From Candidatus Omnitrophota bacterium (lineage in GTDB: Bacteria > Omnitrophota > Gorgyraeia > Zapsychrales > Zapsychraceae): a stretch of DNA of 64,000 nt. The position numbers and the translations under genes are program-made. Shown one piece after another: positions 57,419 through 64,000 of the stretch (the first letter of the stretch is position 1; each line of letters starts with the position of its first letter). Location: positions 471,090 through 535,089 of the forward strand of contig JBFWOS010000001.1 of assembly GCA_050250375.1 (NCBI GenBank), read 5' to 3'. Below the pieces are notes generated by a model that saw only the letters and a list, made by a program, of their open reading frames with translations, was not told where the DNA came from and did not search any database.

Positions 57419-57784
57419 TTAATTATCTAGGTATGAACTGACATAATCGGCGATACTTTCGGCATCACGTTTGGAGATGTCATTAAAAAAAATGGCGATG
57501 TTATGATCATTGCTATCTCCCACATGTTCTGCGCGCACGACAACACCATGAGCGGAAATCTGTTTCGTTACATCTTTACCATTTTTACGGATCGGCAACA
57601 ACAGACAGATCTTAATCTTAGTCATTGGTTCAATATACCGATCAACTTTACAATAAATGCCAGAACGGCTGATATTTGATGTCTCAGTAACAACATCCCC
57701 ATCGGTCTGCGAAATTCGAATCGGAACATTATTACTTAACCGCGGGTCTCTTCTTCTTTCCTGAGAAGGTTCATTCGTAACCAA
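57419..57784 (-). CDS. PilZ-domain protein (c-di-GMP receptor)
   Basis: ERRRDPR (RxxxR) and NISRSG (D/NxSxxG). Confidence 0.88.
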   Translation of the reverse strand: MVTNEPSQERRRDPRLSNNVPIRISQTDGDVVTETSNISRSGIYCKVDRYIEPMTKIKICLLLPIRKNGKDVTKQISAHGVVVRAEHVGDSNDHNIAIFFNDISKRDAESIADYVSSYLDN

Positions 57785-57847
57785 GAAAACTCCTCTAATA
57801 TAATCTTGTATTTAGATCTATTTGAATTCTCAATAGTAGGCTGGGAC

Positions 57848-58024
57848 TTAAGCTTGTTGGGCAGTTTCTTCGGCTGCTTTTTTTAAACGCGCTTCTTCAA
57901 ATAATTTAAAGGCATTCTTATTCACGAAATATTTTCCATTTCGATAATATCGTTTGGCACGTTTTAGGGTTGTTCCCGTTTGTGCACATTTCTTGCTAAT
58001 ATCTTCTTTTTCTGCTTCCGCCAT
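57848..58024 (-). CDS. Small basic 58-aa protein absent from the ORF track
   Basis: Manual translation MAEAEKEDISKKCAQTGTTLKRAKRYYRNGKYFVNKNAFKLFEEARLKKAAEETAQQA. SD AAAGGAGAG upstream; it fills the gap between the two PilZ genes. Confidence 0.75.
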   Translation of the reverse strand: MAEAEKEDISKKCAQTGTTLKRAKRYYRNGKYFVNKNAFKLFEEARLKKAAEETAQQA

Positions 58025-58069
58025 GATGTATAAACTCTCCTTTCAAAAATTATTGGTCAATCAATATGA

Positions 58070-58408
58070 TTAGTTTTCATAGATTAATTGACGCATCTTT
58101 TTTTGAGATTCTACAGCCAAACTAGGGTTAAAAAACTCTACTCCAACCTGATAATGATCCATAAATGGGATTTGTGAAATCCAGGCAATCCGCCCCGTAT
58201 ACTCAATAAATGATCCGCCTCTAAGCTGAATATTTAGAACAAGTTCCGTATTAATTGGAAGAAATTCGGCCAATCGTAGTCTTACGCCTGTTTCTGACAA
58301 ATCATACGCCACGCACCCTCTAAAATAAGCAGGGTCTTTTAATTCGTAGCGAACCGCTTCTTTAAATGCTATCCTTTTAGAAATGCGTCTTTCATCGACC
58401 GTGTTCAT
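58070..58408 (-). CDS. PilZ-domain protein (c-di-GMP receptor)
   Basis: ERRISKR, DLSETG and GVEF motifs. Confidence 0.88.
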   Translation of the reverse strand: MNTVDERRISKRIAFKEAVRYELKDPAYFRGCVAYDLSETGVRLRLAEFLPINTELVLNIQLRGGSFIEYTGRIAWISQIPFMDHYQVGVEFFNPSLAVESQKKMRQLIYEN

Positions 58409-58590
58409 TGATCTATACCTTTTTGTTCATTCTCAAGCCGCTAATTTTCAGCATTATAGCACAATCCATACCACGCACAACGTTTTTTTTGCCCCGGACA
58501 GGAGACACCACCTATTGACATAAAAACTTTAACCCGTTATTTTTCAACAAATTAAGCTTAGTAGGCTTATCAATAAATCACAAAACATAG

Positions 58591-58619
58591 TTTACCATAT
58601 ATCACCAGCATGATATAAT
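58591..58619 (+). promoter_or_regulatory. Putative promoter directly before the exeA-like gene (leaderless-type spacing)
   Basis: TTTACC-17 nt-TATAAT with an extended TG, 8 nt before the ATG at 58628. Confidence 0.6.
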
Positions 58620-58627
58620 TCCACCAA

Positions 58628-59446
58628 ATGTATAAAGAATATTACCATCTTAAAGAAAATCCTTTCAATATAACGGCCGATCCTGATTTTTTCTTTTCGA
58701 GCGCGCAACATCGAGAGGCGATCACACATCTGATTTATGGCATACAGCAAAGAAAAGGAATAATCGCCATAACCGGTGAAATTGGCACAGGGAAAACTAC
58801 ACTCTGCCGAACCGTTTTAAGTAAATTAGACGATACGATTAAAACGGCGTTAATCTTAAATCCGAATTTCTCCGACTTACAGCTCCTCCGGCTGATCCTT
58901 CAAGATCTTGGAATCAAATCAAACGCTCGCAGTAAATATGAAATGATTGATGCTCTCAACGAATTTCTGCTGGAAGAAACGAATTCAGGAAATAATGTTG
59001 TCCTTATCATTGATGAAGCCCAAAACCTCAAAGTCAACCAGCTCGAACAGATCCGCCTTCTTTCTAACCTTGAAACAGAAAAAGAAAAACTGCTTCAAAT
59101 CGTATTAGTCGGCCAACCTGAACTTATTGATAAATTAAAACTAAATTCATTGCGACAATTAAACCAAAGAATAACGGTAAGATTCCATATAGGGTCTTTA
59201 TCCATAGACGAAATGAAAGAGTATGTCCGTCATCGAATGAAGATTGCCCAGAATTCTGACTTTACCCGGTACAGCATTCACTTTACGGATGACGCGTTCC
59301 AGAGCATTTTTGATATCTCAAAAGGCACACCCCGCATGGTCAATATTCTCTGTGACCGCGCACTTTTAGCCGGTTATGCGGCCGAAACATTCACGATCGA
59401 TCAAAATATTATCCATCGATGTTCAAGGGAGGTTGGACAAAAATGA
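58628..59446 (+). CDS. ExeA/GspA-family AAA ATPase
   Basis: MYKEYY.L.ENPF..T.DP, GEIGTGKTT, IIDEAQNL, LVGQPEL and GTPRMVNILCDRAL motifs. Confidence 0.93.
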   Translation: MYKEYYHLKENPFNITADPDFFFSSAQHREAITHLIYGIQQRKGIIAITGEIGTGKTTLCRTVLSKLDDTIKTALILNPNFSDLQLLRLILQDLGIKSNARSKYEMIDALNEFLLEETNSGNNVVLIIDEAQNLKVNQLEQIRLLSNLETEKEKLLQIVLVGQPELIDKLKLNSLRQLNQRITVRFHIGSLSIDEMKEYVRHRMKIAQNSDFTRYSIHFTDDAFQSIFDISKGTPRMVNILCDRALLAGYAAETFTIDQNIIHRCSREVGQK

Positions 59447-59973
59447 GTATAATTAATGATGCTTTAAAACGCGCACAAAAAAATCTTGAAAAAATCGGCA
59501 AACAGCCCGAAAAGCAAGAAGAAGAAAAGGTTTCCGATTTAACCAAAGATCATCGGCCAAGAATTCACCCATCCCCTATGCCACCTGAGAAAAAAGGGGC
59601 TTCCCATAAGAAGAAAAAAATGTGGTATCAGACCGTGTCGGTATTGGTTGTTATATTTTTTCTTGTAACAGGTGCGTTATTAGCCACATTATTCTTCTTG
59701 ATGAAACGTTCTTCGTCCGGAGAGACGGAAGCTGAAAGAATCAGACGCAATTATATGCCCAAAAAAATAAATCAAACGTATAAACCCGGAGAATTAGTAC
59801 TAAGCGGAACGTCTATCATAGAAAACAAACGGGTCGCCTTAATTAATGGGGATATTTACGAACAAGGTGATATTGTTGAAGGTTACCGAATAATAAAAGT
59901 TGATTTAAGCAAGGTAGAACTTCAAAGCTTAAAAGGTGATACATTAATCCTGAAAGTTTCAAATCCGGGATAA
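59443..59973 (+). CDS. GspB/ExeB-like bitopic membrane protein (start 59443)
   Basis: MSIINDALKRAQ N-terminus, one TM and LSG...ALING..Y.QGD.V.G C-terminal domain. ATGA overlap with the exeA-like gene. Confidence 0.8.
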   Translation: MSIINDALKRAQKNLEKIGKQPEKQEEEKVSDLTKDHRPRIHPSPMPPEKKGASHKKKKMWYQTVSVLVVIFFLVTGALLATLFFLMKRSSSGETEAERIRRNYMPKKINQTYKPGELVLSGTSIIENKRVALINGDIYEQGDIVEGYRIIKVDLSKVELQSLKGDTLILKVSNPG

Positions 59974-60017
59974 TTGTGGGGCTTTGACTTCAAACTTTCG
60001 TGTGGATGTAGACATTA

Positions 60018-61106
60018 TCATTCCATGTAACGACGAATGGCTGCCTTGATGACATTTACAGATATATCTTCCACAATCTTTACTGCTCCAATTTTAGAGA
60101 CCAGAACGAATCTATTTCTCCCGGAAATAAATTTCTTGTCGTGCGACATTAACTTTATTATCTGGCTTACTTTCTGCTTTTTAACTTTCTCCGGCAAACC
60201 AACCTGACTTAATAAGCCATTAACCCTGACAACCGTTTGCTGGCTGACCATTCTTAGCCGAAGAGAGATATCTGTGGCCATCCTCATCCCGAGGGCTATG
60301 GCCTGACCATGGTCGTACTGTTTAAATCCGCCGACAGCTTCAATGGCGTGCCCAATCGTATGGCCAAAATTTAGAATCGTACGTATCCCCTTAGTTTCTT
60401 TTTCATCGGCCAATACGACTTCTGTTTTTATCCGGCTGCATTGACTTACCAAATGTGACAGAACCGACTCATCGCCGTTAAAGACTTTGGAATAATTCTT
60501 CTCTATATAATCAAACAGCTTAGCGTCGTAGATAATCCCGTATTTTATGGCTTCCGCAAAACCGTTTTGAATCTGGCGTTTCGCTAATGTTTGCAAGACG
60601 GAAACATCGCTAAAGACCATTCTTGGTTGATAAAATGCTCCCAGCAAGTTCTTTCCGACAGATAAATCAACAGCGACTTTACCTCCAATCGATGAATCAA
60701 TCTGAGCAAGAAAAGTTGTCGGCACCTGTATATATGGAACGCCTCTTTTATAAGTAGCGGCCACAAATCCCGCTAAATCACCGATGACTCCCCCGCCGAA
60801 CGCTACTATAAATATTTTTTTAAATACATCATAGCGGGCAATCTTCTCAATTAACGGGATAACGACATTTGCGGATTTACTCTGTTCCCCGTCAGGGACA
60901 ATAAACTCTTTGACCGTAAACCCGTGTTTTTTCAAACTCTCAGTCAATCCCCCCCCATGCAATCGTTTAATAATGGGGGAAGTGATCAGCACGGCATCAT
61001 TCCCGACATTTAATGATTTCACATACCGCCCAATGGAGGACAACATGTTTTGTCCGATAAAGATTTTATACGGATTGTCCTTAAGAGATACGGTTATTGT
61101 TTTCAT
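60018..61106 (-). CDS. aroB: 3-dehydroquinate synthase
   Basis: GGGVIGDLAGF, PTTFLAQIDSSIGGK and LNFGHTIGHAIE motifs. Confidence 0.97.
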   Translation of the reverse strand: MKTITVSLKDNPYKIFIGQNMLSSIGRYVKSLNVGNDAVLITSPIIKRLHGGGLTESLKKHGFTVKEFIVPDGEQSKSANVVIPLIEKIARYDVFKKIFIVAFGGGVIGDLAGFVAATYKRGVPYIQVPTTFLAQIDSSIGGKVAVDLSVGKNLLGAFYQPRMVFSDVSVLQTLAKRQIQNGFAEAIKYGIIYDAKLFDYIEKNYSKVFNGDESVLSHLVSQCSRIKTEVVLADEKETKGIRTILNFGHTIGHAIEAVGGFKQYDHGQAIALGMRMATDISLRLRMVSQQTVVRVNGLLSQVGLPEKVKKQKVSQIIKLMSHDKKFISGRNRFVLVSKIGAVKIVEDISVNVIKAAIRRYME

Positions 61107-61741
61107 AGACCTTGCACTCCCAAATAATTAGCACTAATTGTCACGATTGGCCAAATTATCTTGGAATACAATCCAAATGGAAGCAAGACAAAAACGATAA
61201 GTATACCAAAAGGTTCCAATCGACTGTATACCGAGGCGATTTTGTTCGGCAATAGCCCCATGACAAGACGAGATCCATCCAAAGGCGGGATAGGAACCAT
61301 ATTAAAAACAGCCAACAATAGATTAATAACAATTGTATACTCTATGACCATTTTTGGATATGCTCCTAAATTTAAATCCAAAAGGTAACTCGCTATCAAT
61401 GCAATAAAAATGTTTATAAGTGGTCCGGCCATGCCCACATAAATTATGCCGCGTTTGGGATTCCTTAACCGGCTAAAATTAACCGGCACAGGTTTTGCCA
61501 GAATTATTGGCATTAAAGGACTTCCAAGAATACTTAAGAGAATGAGGAATGCGGGCAAAATGATCGTACCGAATAAATCCACGTGTTTTAATGGGTTTAA
61601 CGTCAGCCGCCCCATCAGCTTGGCTGTCGGATCGCCCAATCTATTGGCCATCCAACCGTGGGCATACTCATGCACCACAAAGGAAAGTAAAAGAACAATA
61701 AAAACGATGGTGTGTTCAATATATTGGCCTTGAATACTCAT
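61103..61741 (-). CDS. Site-2 protease (M50 family)
   Basis: HEYAH, GRLTLNP, AGP and FNMVPIPPLDG motifs. Confidence 0.93.
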   Translation of the reverse strand: MSIQGQYIEHTIVFIVLLLSFVVHEYAHGWMANRLGDPTAKLMGRLTLNPLKHVDLFGTIILPAFLILLSILGSPLMPIILAKPVPVNFSRLRNPKRGIIYVGMAGPLINIFIALIASYLLDLNLGAYPKMVIEYTIVINLLLAVFNMVPIPPLDGSRLVMGLLPNKIASVYSRLEPFGILIVFVLLPFGLYSKIIWPIVTISANYLGVQGL

Positions 61742-61762
61742 TTTGAATTATGTGGGCTTATA

Positions 61763-62569
61763 TTAGAGGATTAATTGGATTCGGGTAACGACAACGACCG
61801 GATACATATAAGCGTCCTTCGGAACATCTTTTATATATCCTTCAATCTTTACTTTATAATTAATGAAAGGATTAAGCAGTTGGCTAAAACCGTCAAGATA
61901 ATAAATCTTTTCAGAATCGTTGTTCAGTAAATACTGGAAACCACTATCTTTAGTGTTCTTATTTGCGGTTAAGATTCCCTGAAATGATGTCGGTGAAACT
62001 TCGGGAATTAATTCTTCAGGTTCAGGAGTTGTTTCCGCCGTTTCCTCAAGTGCAGCTTCAAACAAATCTTGCTCTACCTCTCCAGGTATATACTTACTTA
62101 CATCACTAGAGACAAAGTCGATTAAGTCTTCTGATATCCACCCATAACTGCCTTTAACCGGTTGGATCTTATACCAGCTGTCCAACTGATTTAATATGAG
62201 AATTCTATCCCCTTTATTGACTTGACCCAAAACCGTAAAATTAATACCAGCTCCCGCACGTATATTGACCCTATTGGAGGTTATTTCCCCCACTTCATGA
62301 TTGATCATTGTTACGAACTCGTTGCTGATAAAACTATTGGCGTGTTGAGGCAGACGAATTTTATACCAACTATAACTCTTGTCCTCAACAACGACATTCT
62401 GATCCAGATTCAATCGGCCCAAACTCTCAAAACTTTTACTCTGGCCTGCCCGGATATGCACGGATTTCTCTTTAATTTTTCCTAAGAAAGGGAAGAAATC
62501 CTGTTGAGCCGAAACGCCTGAATTGATTAATAGGAAGAATAGAACCAGAGATGTGATTCTGAAGTTCAT
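61763..62569 (-). CDS. Secreted protein with tandem bacterial SH3 domains (probable start 62569)
   Basis: Signal peptide and two V[HN]IRAG...WYKI repeats. Confidence 0.85.
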   Translation of the reverse strand: MNFRITSLVLFFLLINSGVSAQQDFFPFLGKIKEKSVHIRAGQSKSFESLGRLNLDQNVVVEDKSYSWYKIRLPQHANSFISNEFVTMINHEVGEITSNRVNIRAGAGINFTVLGQVNKGDRILILNQLDSWYKIQPVKGSYGWISEDLIDFVSSDVSKYIPGEVEQDLFEAALEETAETTPEPEELIPEVSPTSFQGILTANKNTKDSGFQYLLNNDSEKIYYLDGFSQLLNPFINYKVKIEGYIKDVPKDAYMYPVVVVTRIQLIL

Positions 62570-62606
62570 ATTACGCGGGAGATGATAAAGTGCAACACCT
62601 GAAAGA

Positions 62607-62834
62607 TTACTTTTTTGCAGGGGCCTTCTCTTTCTCATCTGCTTTTTCTTCTGCCTTCTTCACTTTTTTCCCAGCTTTTACTCTGACAATCTTAACTTTT
62701 GGCAGACCGATAACTGTTTGTTCATCGCTCCACTGACCCTTTTTCATCAAATCTTTAATGCGCTCAATACGGGTTAAAACCGATCTTTGTTGAGCCCCGG
62801 CCGAATCTACTCTGAGTGACGGATGTAACGACAT
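62607..62834 (-). CDS. PVC-superphylum signature small basic protein (TIGR04137-like)
   Basis: MSLHPSL...RSVLTRIERI..L...G.W......GLPKV with a Lys-rich tail. Confidence 0.85.
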   Translation of the reverse strand: MSLHPSLRVDSAGAQQRSVLTRIERIKDLMKKGQWSDEQTVIGLPKVKIVRVKAGKKVKKAEEKADEKEKAPAKK

Positions 62835-62835
62835 T

Positions 62836-63438
62836 TTAAAATCTCCTTACTAAGCAGTCTTTATAACGATTTTTTAGTCTTTCAGAAAACTGTTTCGCTT
62901 CTTGATGAGCAGAAAACTTACCCACACAAACAATCGAGTATTTTCCTTTCTGCATAATCGAGGTCTCATATCCCTTTTTTCTTAGATTGACTTCCTCTTT
63001 AAGCGCGCTCTGTTCCTCTTTAAAAGAAGCGACTTGAATGGTGTATTTCAACTCATCCATAACCTCTTTGGGAAGCTCGATTTCAAGAACTTCTACGGAT
63101 TTCTGCCCTGAAGGAATGTCCTCTTCCTGAACAAGGGAGGATTCCAACTCGTCTGGCTTGGGTTCTCCAGAGCGGACTATTATAGCACTTTCTTTATTTT
63201 TGTCAGCAACATTTTTTTCGATGGTAGTCTGGCTGTTTTTATGAACCTGCCCCTTCTTCACCCCCAAACAAAACACCACCACATTAGTGACAATAAATAT
63301 AATACATATCCCCACAATATGTTCGACTAATAAACTTACACTTTTTGACTGAAAATTCTGAATTGACGGCTGGTACTCGCGTTTCGTGCCATCCGGGAAA
63401 AGTTCAAACTGAGTATAGCTTTTATAAGGTTTTGACAT
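62836..63438 (-). CDS. SPOR-domain membrane protein
   Basis: One TM and C-terminal YTIQVASF...A...L.KKGY...VGKF...A. Confidence 0.85.
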   Translation of the reverse strand: MSKPYKSYTQFELFPDGTKREYQPSIQNFQSKSVSLLVEHIVGICIIFIVTNVVVFCLGVKKGQVHKNSQTTIEKNVADKNKESAIIVRSGEPKPDELESSLVQEEDIPSGQKSVEVLEIELPKEVMDELKYTIQVASFKEEQSALKEEVNLRKKGYETSIMQKGKYSIVCVGKFSAHQEAKQFSERLKNRYKDCLVRRF

Positions 63439-63454
63439 AGAATCAATTATAATA

Positions 63455-64000
63455 CTACTTTTTATCCGAGCACAAGTAATTTCTAAATTTTTTCTGCTTG
63501 GTCAACCCTATAAACGCTTCCGCAACCTTCGGATCGAACTGAGTCCCGCTGTTGAACTTGACCTCTTTAACAGCTTCCTGAAAAGACAACCGTTTCTTAT
63601 ATGGCCGGTCAGAGGTCATTGCCAAAAAGGCATCGACCACAGATATTATTCTTGCGCCCAGCGGTATCTGTTCTTTCTTCAGTCCCGACGGATAACCCGA
63701 ACCATCATATTTCTCGTTATAATAAAGAATAATAGGCAACACAGGCTTCAGAAAATCAACCGGCTTAATAAGCTCGACGGCCCGGGCCGGCTGATCACGG
63801 ATCAGTTTAAATTCCTCAGGAGTCAATTGACTTGATTTTGATAAAACATTATATGGAATATCAATAGCCCCCGCCTCCCGCAGAATGCTGGCGTAAAAGA
63901 GATTATTGATTTGTTCTTTTGAGATCTTAAGCTCCTCGCCGAGAGAATGTACAATATTAAAATAAACAGATGAATTTCTTTTTTGTAACACCGCACTATG
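63455..64000 (-). CDS. Partial CDS (N-terminus beyond the window): degenerate HD-GYP domain protein
   Basis: EKYDGSGYPSGL..EQIPLGARII.VVDAF.AM...RPY and GTQFDP motifs. HD is replaced by RE. The frame stays open to the window edge. Confidence 0.85.
   Translation of the reverse strand, partial: HSAVLQKRNSSVYFNIVHSLGEELKISKEQINNLFYASILREAGAIDIPYNVLSKSSQLTPEEFKLIRDQPARAVELIKPVDFLKPVLPIILYYNEKYDGSGYPSGLKKEQIPLGARIISVVDAFLAMTSDRPYKKRLSFQEAVKEVKFNSGTQFDPKVAEAFIGLTKQKKFRNYLCSDKK

Overview
This 64 kb window is gene-dense, mostly minus-strand chromosomal DNA from a probably anaerobic diderm bacterium of the PVC superphylum, most likely Candidatus Omnitrophota. That assignment is inferred from the PVC-signature small basic protein, a lipid A acyltransferase, NfnAB and the style of the giant protein. 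Most of the window is housekeeping: ppdK, glyQS, panB, nfnAB, tatD, dtd, recO, ybeY, phoH, aspS, hisS, HU/IHF, dnaE, guaA, guaB3, groESL with CIRCE, coaX, uvrB, aroB and tRNA-Arg(CCU). Five things stand out. (1) A 2800-aa protein with a predicted signal peptide whose modules (a SAM methyltransferase, a PEP synthase-like enzyme with intact catalytic motifs, and an unknown module) are separated by a recurring D-x-[AS]-M motif, like a cargo cassette or polyprotein. (2) A ParA/Soj ATPase fused to a glycogen-binding CBM48, next to a membrane-anchored CBM-like protein. (3) Tandem genes for Flp/Tad prepilin-headed proteins, one carrying 20 eight-Cys repeats. (4) An archaeal-type Hel308/Ski2 helicase on the opposite strand. 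(5) A LacI-family protein lacking its HTH, overlapping a sigma-70 gene. I saw no CRISPR array, rRNA, transposase or integrase. All calls come from reading motifs by eye; no searches were run.
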